From an uncultured Clostridiaceae bacterium (GTDB taxonomy: Bacteria > Bacillota > Clostridia > TANB77 > CAG-465): a stretch of DNA of 64,000 bases. The notes under the pieces were generated by a model. The model did no database searches. It worked only from the letters and a program-made list of their open reading frames with translations, and was not told the origin of the DNA. This document shows, one piece after another, positions 8,953 through 17,983 of the stretch (position 1 is its first letter; the number at the start of each line of letters is the position of its first letter). Location of the stretch: NCBI GenBank assembly GCA_947381905.1, contig CANCXL010000005.1:2860-66859 (forward strand). Direction: 5' to 3'. A program made the position numbers and the translations under genes.

Positions 8953-9729
8953 ATGAAAGAAAATTTTGCAATAGTTAGTATTATTTGTATAATCTCAATA
9001 GTTATAATATCTGGAATAAGGTATAATATAAATTTGCAAGATAGCAATTTAAACGAACAACTGCTAAATATTGAAGAAGTGCCAAAAGAAGAAAAAATTA
9101 AATATAAAGTATCAACATATATTACTTCTAAAATGAAAGAAGAGGCTAAATTATGTGTACCTATAATCTGTTGGGCATATGGTTTTGATCCTGAATATTT
9201 ATTTAGTGAATGTGATAATATAGCTATAATTAGAATTATGTGTATAGATAAAATGACTATGAAACCGAAATCATATGGAAGTACATATGGAAAAGCCTTA
9301 ATAAATAACACAATACGTGGAAATTTAAAAGAAGGAGATATAATTACATTTTCGAAGAATGGAGGCATTATAGACTTAGAATCATTAGAAAATGAAACTA
9401 ATCAAAAATATGAAATTCCTACTGGAAAAGAGAATATACCTAAAAATGAAGTATATTTTAATGTTATTTTAGAAGATGATTATAATATAGAAGAAGGAAA
9501 AACATATCTTGCTTATTTAAAATATGATCAAACTACACATTCTTACATGATAATAGGACAAGGATATGGATTAAGAGAGTTAGAAATTAAAAAAGAAGAT
9601 TATATTTCAAAGATAGATATAGATTTTAATAACACTAAATTAATAAAAAATGAAAATGTACACGAATATAGCAACATAGAATTTACTTATTTGCAAGAGT
9701 ATATAGATAAATATATAAAAACTAATTAA
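8953..9729 (+). CDS. Membrane-anchored protein, paralogous to the extracytoplasmic domain of the preceding gene
   Basis: N-terminal TM FAIVSIICIISIVIISGI. Shared blocks with 8058-8951: I(A/I)...NN/NK.I.G.L..G..I......GGII and EEGKTY(I/L). Starts 2 nt after the upstream stop. Confidence 0.55.
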   Translation: MKENFAIVSIICIISIVIISGIRYNINLQDSNLNEQLLNIEEVPKEEKIKYKVSTYITSKMKEEAKLCVPIICWAYGFDPEYLFSECDNIAIIRIMCIDKMTMKPKSYGSTYGKALINNTIRGNLKEGDIITFSKNGGIIDLESLENETNQKYEIPTGKENIPKNEVYFNVILEDDYNIEEGKTYLAYLKYDQTTHSYMIIGQGYGLRELEIKKEDYISKIDIDFNNTKLIKNENVHEYSNIEFTYLQEYIDKYIKTN

Positions 9730-9736
9730 TAATTAA

Positions 9737-9765
9737 AAATATAAGTGCCATAGGCACTTATATTT
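9737..9765. terminator. Bidirectional terminator hairpin between convergent genes
   Basis: 13-bp arms AAATATAAGTGCC / GGCACTTATATTT with a 3-nt loop, A/T runs on both sides. Confidence 0.7.
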
Positions 9766-10915
9766 TATTTGTATAATCTTTATTAATTGTATTGTTTGAA
9801 AATATGCTATATATATTACTTGATTTTATGTCTAGAAGTAATGAGCTTTGAGAAAGTTCATCTAGATTTTTTATTATTTTATCATTAATTGATGTTATTA
9901 CTAAAATAGAACTGTTTTTAGTAATAAATGATAAAATTTCTTTTTTTCTATTTGGGTTAATTGCAAGTACACGGGCGTAGTATTTATTTGAATTTTGAAG
10001 CTTAATGAATTCATCTTTTGTTATATTTAATAATATATTGTTTAAAATTCTCTTGATTTTACTTAACTGATATCTTTTGCTTTTGATAGCTTTAATAAAT
10101 TCTTCATATGATAGAGAATTATTAAGTTCATCATATATTTTATTTTCTAATCCTTCTGTTACCTCTGCAATATCTTTAATTTTTTCCTTATTTAAAGATA
10201 AAACAGCATATTTAATAAAGTTAAAGGTATTATCATTAACAACAGGACTATCTAAAATAATATTAGGGCTTAATATACTTTTTTCTATTTCTTTTATATT
10301 AGATTTTTCTTTTATTGAATTTCTAATACTTGTAGCACTAATTGCAGTTTCATCTCTTTTAATTGCGATAGGTTTAATTTTACTATTTAGTTTTATTAAA
10401 TTTTTTAAATATTCTATTGCTAAAATATTGTTAGATTTGGTAGATATCTCAATTTCTTCTTTAGATAAAATTTTGCTTATGGCATATTCTCTAGCTTGTG
10501 CAAAAGATATACCAGATTTTAATGCTTCTGTTATAGTTTCCCATATTAGTTCATTATTTTTTACTAATTTTTGAGCAATTAAATAAAGTACATCAGGGTC
10601 TCCAGTTTCGCTACCAAAGCAAATGTAATCTATAGGAAGAGAATTTAGAATTTCTATTGCACCTTTTGAAAAATATTCAGCACTACTTGTTGCATAAATA
10701 GTAGGAAGTTCAATTACTATATCAAAACCATGTTCTATAGCAATGTTTGCTCTTATAAATTTATCCTTTATGGCAACATTTCCAGCCTGAGTAAAATTTC
10801 CAGACATAATACATAAAGCAGTATCACATCCTGTAAGCTCTTTTGCTTTTTCAATTAAATATTTATGACCACTATGCATAGGGTTAAATTCTGCAATTAT
10901 TCCAACAATACTCAT
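9758..10915 (-). CDS. tmcAL: tRNA(Met) cytidine acetate ligase (YlbM/UPF0348 nucleotidyltransferase family)
   Basis: N-terminus MSIVGIIAEFNPMHSGHKYLI (HxGH nucleotidyltransferase motif) and ~385-aa length typical of YlbM/TmcAL. Confidence 0.7.
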   Translation of the reverse strand: MSIVGIIAEFNPMHSGHKYLIEKAKELTGCDTALCIMSGNFTQAGNVAIKDKFIRANIAIEHGFDIVIELPTIYATSSAEYFSKGAIEILNSLPIDYICFGSETGDPDVLYLIAQKLVKNNELIWETITEALKSGISFAQAREYAISKILSKEEIEISTKSNNILAIEYLKNLIKLNSKIKPIAIKRDETAISATSIRNSIKEKSNIKEIEKSILSPNIILDSPVVNDNTFNFIKYAVLSLNKEKIKDIAEVTEGLENKIYDELNNSLSYEEFIKAIKSKRYQLSKIKRILNNILLNITKDEFIKLQNSNKYYARVLAINPNRKKEILSFITKNSSILVITSINDKIIKNLDELSQSSLLLDIKSSNIYSIFSNNTINKDYTNKI

Positions 10916-11001
10916 TAATATCACTTCTTTCTTGAATTTTAGATATAACTATGTTAATATATTACCATAATCATTTAGTAATTTCAAATATTGGAGGTAT
11001 T

Positions 11002-11439
11002 ATGAAAAAAGTTGTTTTATATACAGATGGTGCATGTAGCGGAAATCCAGGTCCAGGTGGCTATGGCGCTATATTAATATATAATGGTGTTGAAAAAGAA
11101 ATTTCTGGTGGTGAGAAAAACACTACAAATAATAAAATGGAAATGCTTGCTGTAATAAAGGGGCTAGAAATGCTAAAAGAGCCATGTGAGGTAGAGGTAT
11201 ATAGTGACAGTGCATATGTTGTAAATTCTATAGAAAAAGGCTGGATTGATTCTTGGAAGAAAAACGGCTGGAAAAAAGCAGATAAGAAACCCGTTAAGAA
11301 TGTAGATTTATGGGAAAGACTATTAGATTTAATGAAAAATCATAAAGTTACATTTTTAAAAGTTAAAGGGCATGCAGATAATGAACTAAATAATAGATGT
11401 GATAGGCTAGCAGTAATGGAAAGAGAAAAACTTGCATAA
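11002..11439 (+). CDS. rnhA: Ribonuclease HI
   Basis: [19 protein letters not shown]..., [36 protein letters not shown] precedes ATG 11002. Confidence 0.9.
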   Translation: MKKVVLYTDGACSGNPGPGGYGAILIYNGVEKEISGGEKNTTNNKMEMLAVIKGLEMLKEPCEVEVYSDSAYVVNSIEKGWIDSWKKNGWKKADKKPVKNVDLWERLLDLMKNHKVTFLKVKGHADNELNNRCDRLAVMEREKLA

Positions 11440-11480
11440 ATTTTTACCATGTAACATAGAGTGTTATATGGTGATTTTTT

Positions 11481-12080
11481 ATGAGTAAAAGTATACAAAA
11501 ATACATAAGAGAAAATTTTGGAACTATAGTAAAAATACTTGGAGTATATTTGGTAGGAGTAATAATAGGGATAATGTTATTTTGTTTTACTGATGTAAAA
11601 AAAGAATATACAACTATAGTTACATCAATATTAGATAGTGCAAAGTTAGAAAATTTTGAAGGAATAAATATTATCTCTAATGGGATTAGAAACAATGCAT
11701 TATATATAATGTTATTATATTTATCTAGTATAACTTTTGTTGCACCTTTAATTATATGCTTAATGATAATTTTAAAAGCAATAGTTACAGGGATATATAT
11801 ATGCGCATTATTTAGTGTATTTGGATTTTTTAAAGGGATAGCTGTTGTGTTTGTTAGTGTTTTAGTACCTATAGCGTTTAGTCTATGTGGATATATATGT
11901 GTTTGCATAAATGTTATTTCAATGTTTAAATCGTTATTTAGTTCACAAGGTGTAAAAGCCGGAAATATAGTAAAACATATATATTTTTTAATTATAGCTA
12001 TATCTTTAATTTCATTTTCAATTGTTGTAGAACAGCTTATGACAAAGGTAACTTTAGGCATTTATATGGACCTTGTATAA
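11481..12080 (+). CDS. spoIIM: Stage II sporulation protein M-like membrane protein
   Basis: ~200-aa polytopic protein whose topology and N-terminus (IRENFGTIVKILGVYLVGVIIG) resemble SpoIIM. Located next to xerD as in Bacillus (spoIIM-fur-ripX). Confidence 0.55.
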   Translation: MSKSIQKYIRENFGTIVKILGVYLVGVIIGIMLFCFTDVKKEYTTIVTSILDSAKLENFEGINIISNGIRNNALYIMLLYLSSITFVAPLIICLMIILKAIVTGIYICALFSVFGFFKGIAVVFVSVLVPIAFSLCGYICVCINVISMFKSLFSSQGVKAGNIVKHIYFLIIAISLISFSIVVEQLMTKVTLGIYMDLV

Positions 12081-12185
12081 TTTGTTTTAATAAACATATA
12101 AACATTACATAATTTTCAGTAAAAAGCTTGCAAAAAAACTCTAAATAGTGTAAAATATCAAGTGAGTGACAGAGGAGGACTGAAA

Positions 12186-13052
12186 ATGAAAATAATAATT
12201 GACGAATTTATCGACAGTTTAAAAGCTAGACAAGCATCACAAAATACACTTGCATCTTATGAGAGGGATATAATTCAATTTAGCAATTATTTTGAAAAAC
12301 AAGGTAAGAAGATATTTGATTTAACTAATGATGATATGCAAGAATATATCAACCACCTAATGGCGGAAGGAAAATCCAATTCAACAATATCAAGAAGCAC
12401 AGCTTCAATAAAAGCTTTCTATAGATATTTAGTAAATAAAAAACTCGCTGAAACAAACATCGCTGAGAATGTTGAAGCACCAAAGGTTGATAGAAAAGAA
12501 CCTTTAATTTTAACTAAAGAAGAAATAGAAAAACTTTTAGAACAACCTAATTTATCTGAACTAAAAGGTCAAAGAGACAAAACAATGCTTGAAATATTAT
12601 ATGCAACTGGTATAAGAGTAACAGAACTTATCTCTTTAAGAGTAGAAGATGTTAATTTAACAGGTGGATATATAAAAGTAAAGAAAAAGAACACAGAAAG
12701 ACATATTCCACTAGGAAATTTATCTTTAAAATGCTTAAAAGAATATATGAATAAAATTAGACCATTATTAATTAGAACAGAAGAGGAAAAAACTTTATTC
12801 ATAAATACAAATGGACAAAAAATGACTAGACAAGGTTATTGGAAAATATTAAAACAATATAAAGATCAAGCAAAAATAGATAAAGATATTACTCCACATA
12901 CAATTAGACATTCATTTGCAGTGCATATGCTAGAAGATGGAGCTGAAATAAAAACAGTACAAGAATTACTTGGACATACTGATGTAGCATCAACAATGAT
13001 GTATACACAAATGGCTTCATTAAATAAAAATAATAGTGATATTAATTTATAG
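12186..13052 (+). CDS. xerD: Site-specific tyrosine recombinase XerD/XerC family
   Basis: ATGIRVTELISL (Arg), HTIRHSFAVHML (HxxR), LLGHTDVASTMMYTQ (catalytic Tyr). RBS AGAGGAGG precedes ATG 12186. Confidence 0.85.
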   Translation: MKIIIDEFIDSLKARQASQNTLASYERDIIQFSNYFEKQGKKIFDLTNDDMQEYINHLMAEGKSNSTISRSTASIKAFYRYLVNKKLAETNIAENVEAPKVDRKEPLILTKEEIEKLLEQPNLSELKGQRDKTMLEILYATGIRVTELISLRVEDVNLTGGYIKVKKKNTERHIPLGNLSLKCLKEYMNKIRPLLIRTEEEKTLFINTNGQKMTRQGYWKILKQYKDQAKIDKDITPHTIRHSFAVHMLEDGAEIKTVQELLGHTDVASTMMYTQMASLNKNNSDINL

Positions 13053-13153
13053 TATAATAAATCCTGTTCTTTTAGGACAGGATTTTTCTTTTTCTATTAT
13101 TGAAGATAATGTATATATATGATATAATTAAAATATGTTTTACGGAGGCTAAT

Positions 13154-13930
13154 ATGGCAAAAAATAAAAAGAATATTGGGCGAATATTAATTATAGCTTT
13201 AATAGTTGTACTAGCTATTGTTGGTATAATAGCATTAGTATTAAATAATATAGTAGGAAATAATAGATCTCTTGAAAAACCAGGTGAAGAACTAGGTTTT
13301 GATATTTTTATTGGGGATGAGAATGCAGCAGTTACTACATCAAAAGATGAAAAGAGAGATTTAAAAGCAGAACTTTCTAAAGTTAATGTAACATATAAAG
13401 ATGCAAAAGCTTGGCTTAAAGTTCCAGGAACATCAATAGATTACCCAATATTTCAAGGTACAGATAATACTAGATATTATAGAGATGATAGAGATGGTGT
13501 AGAGCAAAACTGGGGTGAGAATTTTCTAGATTATAGATGCAACGTGAAAAAATTATCTGATGCTATGACAAATATTATTATATATGGTCATAATACAGAG
13601 ACAGATAATAGATTTACACCATTATTAAATTATAAAAGGCAAGAGTTCTTTAATAATCATAAATATATTGAGCTAGCTACTTTAGATGGAGTATATACAT
13701 ATGAAATATTTAGTGTATATTCAACAAGTGTAGATTTTTATTATATAGATACAGTGTTTGAATCAAAAGCAGAGTACGAGGACTTTATTGAAAAATGCGC
13801 TAAGAAGACTAGATATTCAACTGGTGTTGAAGTAAATGCAGATGATACAATACTTACACTTTCAACTTGTGATTATTCAAAAAGAGACTGGCGTTTTGTA
13901 GTTCAAGCAAGACTTGTAAAAAATCCTTAG
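13154..13930 (+). CDS. srtB: Class B sortase
   Basis: N-terminal TM anchor, WLKVPGTSIDYPIFQGTDN, IIYGHN, active-site LTLSTCDY and conserved Arg in RFVVQARL. Confidence 0.85.
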   Translation: MAKNKKNIGRILIIALIVVLAIVGIIALVLNNIVGNNRSLEKPGEELGFDIFIGDENAAVTTSKDEKRDLKAELSKVNVTYKDAKAWLKVPGTSIDYPIFQGTDNTRYYRDDRDGVEQNWGENFLDYRCNVKKLSDAMTNIIIYGHNTETDNRFTPLLNYKRQEFFNNHKYIELATLDGVYTYEIFSVYSTSVDFYYIDTVFESKAEYEDFIEKCAKKTRYSTGVEVNADDTILTLSTCDYSKRDWRFVVQARLVKNP

Positions 13931-14019
13931 AAAAAAACTAAGGATTTTTTTGTTTTTTTCAGTATATTACAAATTTCGCGTTATTTATTTGGTATAATGC
14001 AGAAAAAAGAGGTGAGTTA

Positions 14020-14313
14020 ATGAGATACAATTACGAAAATGGAAAATTAACAATATATTTAGAAGAAGAATTAGATATAAGCTCTTGCAAAGTAGTAAGA
14101 GGAATAATAGATGGCTATATAATGAAATATCAGCCATATGAATTGGTACTAGATTTAGCTGGAGTAAAATTTATGGATAGTAGTGGAATAGGATTAATTA
14201 TAGGAAGGTATAATCTTATAAAATTACTAGATTGCAAAATGACAATAGTTAATGCTGGAGATAATATAAAGAGGCTAATAGAGCTTTCTAATATAAAATT
14301 GGAGTGTGTATAG
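14020..14313 (+). CDS. spoIIAA: Anti-sigma-F factor antagonist (STAS domain)
   Basis: 97 aa with the phosphorylatable-serine motif VKFMDSSGIGLIIGRY. Confidence 0.85.
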   Translation: MRYNYENGKLTIYLEEELDISSCKVVRGIIDGYIMKYQPYELVLDLAGVKFMDSSGIGLIIGRYNLIKLLDCKMTIVNAGDNIKRLIELSNIKLECV

Positions 14314-14314
14314 T

Positions 14315-14764
14315 ATGGAAGAAAATTACATTAAAATCGAAATAAAACCAATTATAGAAAATATTTCACCAGCAAGACTATGTATTACAAGTTTTTTAGG
14401 AAACATGGATATACATTTGGATGAACTTATGGACATAAAAACAGCATTATCTGAGGCAATAACAAATGCAGTAGATCATGCTTATGATAATCCACAATTA
14501 TTAGATAAAATAGATATAGAAACAAGAATATTAAGAGATGATAAAGTAAAAATTACCATAAAAGATTATGGTAAAGGCATAGAAGACATTTCTCTTGCTA
14601 TGACACCAGCATATACATCAAAACCAGAAAATGAACATGCCGGAATGGGATTTACTATTATGGAGTCATTTATGGATGAGGTAATTGTAGATTCAGTAGT
14701 AAATAAGGGGACAACAATAGTTCTTACTAAAAATATTAGAAAAAGGAAAACAAATAAAAGCTAG
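14315..14764 (+). CDS. spoIIAB: Anti-sigma-F factor, serine protein kinase
   Basis: ALSEAITNAVDHAY (N-box), IKDYGKGI (G1), AGMGFTIMESFMDEV, almost identical in pattern to Bacillus SpoIIAB SGMGFTIMENFMDDV. Confidence 0.85.
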   Translation: MEENYIKIEIKPIIENISPARLCITSFLGNMDIHLDELMDIKTALSEAITNAVDHAYDNPQLLDKIDIETRILRDDKVKITIKDYGKGIEDISLAMTPAYTSKPENEHAGMGFTIMESFMDEVIVDSVVNKGTTIVLTKNIRKRKTNKS

Positions 14765-14785
14765 AGTAATCTAGCTTTCTTTTTA
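14757..14785 (+). terminator. Hairpin plus T-run directly after spoIIAB
   Basis: AAAGCTAG-AGTAAT-CTAGCTTT followed by CTTTTTAT. Confidence 0.5.
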
Positions 14786-14871
14786 TATAAAAAATAAAAT
14801 TAAGTTACATAATAAGTTGAAAAAGCTACTTTTTTTTGGTAAAATATATATGTGTTTTTAAGGAGAATGTA

Positions 14872-15738
14872 ATGAACAATATAAAAAAATATTTAGCATA
14901 TAATAAAAGTGTAAGGGTAATGGCTGTTGATGCAACTAAAATGGTACAAGAATTAAGAGATATTCACAATTTATCTAATTTGGCAACCGCAGCTCTTGGA
15001 AGAGTAGCAATTGTTGCTTCTATGATTGCATCTACATTAAAGGATGAGGATAATAGACTTACTATACAAATAAAGGGTGATGGTCCACTAGGAAATATTA
15101 TTGTATGCGCAGATCAAAAATTGAATATAAAAGGCTATGTTTCAAATCCACAAGTTGAACTTCCACTAAATTCAGAAGGAAAGTTAGATGTAGGAAAAGG
15201 AGTAGGAATTGGTACTTTAACAGTAATAAAAGATATAGGCTTAAAAGATTCATATGTAGGAACAATAGAACTTCTTACTGGCGAAATAGGCGATGATTTT
15301 GCGTATTATTTCAATGTGTCTGAACAGACTCCATCTGTTGTTTCTGTTGGAGTATTAATTGGAAAAGATGGAAATGTGCAAAGTGCAGGTGGATATATAA
15401 TTCAACCATTACCAGATTGTGAAGATGAGGTTATAGATAAGCTTGAAAGTGTAAATATAAAACTTCCATCAATGACATCGTTAATGAGTGAAGGACAAAC
15501 TATAGATGATATTGTAGTTAATGCTACTGCAGATGAGAATATTGAAACAGTATATGAAAATGAAGCTAAAATAAATTGTGACTGTTCTTTAAAGAGAATA
15601 CAAGGTACAATTATAGCTCTTGGTAAAGAAGAAGCTATGAAAATTTACGAGGAAAATGGAAAACTTGAACTTTCATGTAATTTTTGTAATAAAAAATATG
15701 GATTTAGTAAAGATGAATTAGATGAACTTTTTAAGTAA
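14872..15738 (+). CDS. hslO: Redox-regulated chaperone Hsp33
   Basis: C-terminal zinc centre CDCS...CNFC plus Hsp33-type N-terminal domain. RBS AAGGAG precedes ATG 14872. Confidence 0.9.
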   Translation: MNNIKKYLAYNKSVRVMAVDATKMVQELRDIHNLSNLATAALGRVAIVASMIASTLKDEDNRLTIQIKGDGPLGNIIVCADQKLNIKGYVSNPQVELPLNSEGKLDVGKGVGIGTLTVIKDIGLKDSYVGTIELLTGEIGDDFAYYFNVSEQTPSVVSVGVLIGKDGNVQSAGGYIIQPLPDCEDEVIDKLESVNIKLPSMTSLMSEGQTIDDIVVNATADENIETVYENEAKINCDCSLKRIQGTIIALGKEEAMKIYEENGKLELSCNFCNKKYGFSKDELDELFK

Positions 15739-15750
15739 TAAGGAGATAGA

Positions 15751-16683
15751 ATGAATTATATAATAGATAAGAGTGATGTATCTAAAAGACTAGATGTGTA
15801 TTTAAGTGAGCAGTTAAAGGATATAACAAGAAGCTATATAAAAACATTAATAGATGACACAAAAGTATTAGTTAATGGAAAGACCGTAAAATCTGGATAT
15901 AAGTTAAAAAATGGTGACAGTATTGATATAGAAATTGTTGAGAAAGAGGCAGATAATATTGTTGCAGAAGATATACCTCTAAATATAATTTATGAAGATG
16001 AAGATATAATAATTGTAAATAAGGAAAAAGGCATGGTAGTACATCCTGCTAATGGCAATTATACAGGTACTATGGTAAATTCGTTAATGAACTCACATAA
16101 AGATAAATTATCTAGTATAAATGGAATTATAAGGCCAGGAATTGTACATAGAATAGATAAATATACAAGCGGTATTTTAGTAGTTGCTAAAAATGACAAC
16201 GCACATAAAAAATTATCTGATCAGTTTAAAGTTCATAGTATAAAGAGAAAATATATAGCTTTAGTAAAAGGAATAATTAAAGAAGATTACATTACAATTG
16301 ATGAACCTATAGGAAGAAGTATAAGAGATAGAAAGAAAATGGCAGTAACAGAAAAAAACTCTAGAAATGCAATCACTCATATTTCGGTTTTAAGACGTTT
16401 TTATTCTTCAAATGTAACTTTAGTTGAAGCAGAACTTGAAACTGGCAGAACACATCAAATTAGGGTTCATATGGCATATAAACATCATCCTTTAATTGGA
16501 GATGAAGTCTATGGTAAAAAGGATCCTAAATTTAAAGTTGAAGGACAAATGCTTCATGCAAAATATTTGGGATTCATACATCCTACAACAAACGAATTTG
16601 TAGAATTTGATTCAGATTTGCCAACATATTTTGAAACAATACTTCAAACACTTGAAAATAAAGAAAAAGCTGCCAATAACTAG
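15751..16683 (+). CDS. rluD: RluA-family 23S rRNA pseudouridine synthase (RluD type) with N-terminal S4 domain
   Basis: S4 motif RLDVYLSE...; catalytic HRIDKYTSGILVVAKN; TGRTHQIRVHM. Confidence 0.85.
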   Translation: MNYIIDKSDVSKRLDVYLSEQLKDITRSYIKTLIDDTKVLVNGKTVKSGYKLKNGDSIDIEIVEKEADNIVAEDIPLNIIYEDEDIIIVNKEKGMVVHPANGNYTGTMVNSLMNSHKDKLSSINGIIRPGIVHRIDKYTSGILVVAKNDNAHKKLSDQFKVHSIKRKYIALVKGIIKEDYITIDEPIGRSIRDRKKMAVTEKNSRNAITHISVLRRFYSSNVTLVEAELETGRTHQIRVHMAYKHHPLIGDEVYGKKDPKFKVEGQMLHAKYLGFIHPTTNEFVEFDSDLPTYFETILQTLENKEKAANN

Positions 16684-16757
16684 CAGCTTTTAAATCTATA
16701 TAAACATAAGCTTATGATAATATATAGTATGAATAAATAATGATAAAGGTGAATAAT

Positions 16758-17447
16758 ATGGAAAGAATAAATAAATATATTGCATCTTGTGGAATATGTT
16801 CAAGAAGAAAAGCTGATGAACTCATATCTCAAGGAAAAGTTGAGATTAATGGACAAGTAGTTACTGATATGGGACATAAAGTAGACACTAATGATATTGT
16901 TAAAATTAATGGTAAACTTATAACAAAAGAAGAAGAAAAAGTATATATTGTATTAAATAAGCCAAAAGGATATGTAACTACAAGTAGTGATCAATTTAAT
17001 AGGAAAAATGTAATAGATTTAATAAATGAGAATGTTAGAGTATATCCTATTGGGAGACTTGATATGTATACAGAAGGGCTTTTATTACTTACAAATGATG
17101 GAGAGTTTGCTAACGCTATAATGCATCCAAGAAATAAAATTGAAAAAACATATGTTGTTACTACTGATACTAATATAACCAAAGAACAAATAGATAAATT
17201 AAAAAATGGAGTAGATATAGGAGACTATATTACAAAGCCTGCTAAAGTAAGAATTATATCTAAAGATAAAATAGAAATTATAATATCAGAAGGTAAAAAT
17301 AGACAAGTAAGAAGAATGTGTGATGCAGTTGAAATTAATCTTTTAAACTTAAAAAGAATAAAAATTGGAAATATAGAACTTGGTAAACTTCAAACAGGAA
17401 AATACAGGTATTTAACTGAAGAAGAAAAACAGAGCATGATAATTTAA
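16758..17447 (+). CDS. rluB: RsuA/RluB-family pseudouridine synthase with S4 domain
   Basis: RINKYIASCGICSRRKADELI (S4); catalytic GRLDMYTEGLLLLTNDG; GKNRQVRRM. Confidence 0.85.
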   Translation: MERINKYIASCGICSRRKADELISQGKVEINGQVVTDMGHKVDTNDIVKINGKLITKEEEKVYIVLNKPKGYVTTSSDQFNRKNVIDLINENVRVYPIGRLDMYTEGLLLLTNDGEFANAIMHPRNKIEKTYVVTTDTNITKEQIDKLKNGVDIGDYITKPAKVRIISKDKIEIIISEGKNRQVRRMCDAVEINLLNLKRIKIGNIELGKLQTGKYRYLTEEEKQSMII

Positions 17448-17465
17448 TATCATGCTCTGTTTTTA
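17430..17465 (+). terminator. Terminator overlapping the rluB stop codon
   Basis: CAGAGCATGAT-N8-ATCATGCTCTG followed by TTTTT. Confidence 0.7.
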
Positions 17466-17485
17466 GTTATATTTTTAAATATTTG

Positions 17486-17520
17486 CAAAAATAAAAATAC
17501 ATCTAATTTAATAGATGTAT
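17486..17520 (-). terminator. Terminator of rpsU
   Basis: ATACATCTA-ATTTAA-TAGATGTAT with a T-run on the minus strand. Confidence 0.6.
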
Positions 17521-17556
17521 TGTATGGTAATAAGAATCTTATCATTCCTATAAATT

Positions 17557-17730
17557 CTAGTGTTTTCTTTTCCTTGCTGCTTCAGATTTCTTTTTTCTTT
17601 TTACGCTAGGTTTTTCATAATGTTCTCTTTTACGAATTTCAGCAAGAACTCCATATTTTGCACATTGTTTTTTAAATCTAGCTAAAGCATTATCTAAGCT
17701 TTCATTATCCTTGATTTTTATACCTGGCAT
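17557..17730 (-). CDS. rpsU: 30S ribosomal protein S21
   Basis: 57-aa ORF not in the track: [70 protein letters not shown] upstream. Confidence 0.93.
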   Translation of the reverse strand: MPGIKIKDNESLDNALARFKKQCAKYGVLAEIRKREHYEKPSVKRKKKSEAARKRKH

Positions 17731-17983
17731 TTACTTTCCCTCCCTCCAGTTTGGGAAATACTTTTTATATTGAATAGTTTATTACTAAGTATTTCTAAAT
17801 TTACTATTAAATTATACAATATTTTTATACATAAGTCAAGGAATATATAAAAATTATGTAAAAGAATAAAATAATTTAATTCATAAATGTGAAATTTATA
17901 TCATAAAAAAAGAAGAGGAGTTGACTATATTTTAGGTATAATATATAATAAATTTGATTAGGTATAAAAAAGGAGATAATATT

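Noticed and set aside
11444-12061. 205-aa minus-strand ORF almost co-extensive with the spoIIM-like gene
   Set aside because: The plus-strand product has regular TM helices, an RBS and SpoIIM-like organisation. The minus-strand translation is non-hydrophobic low-complexity sequence with no motif.
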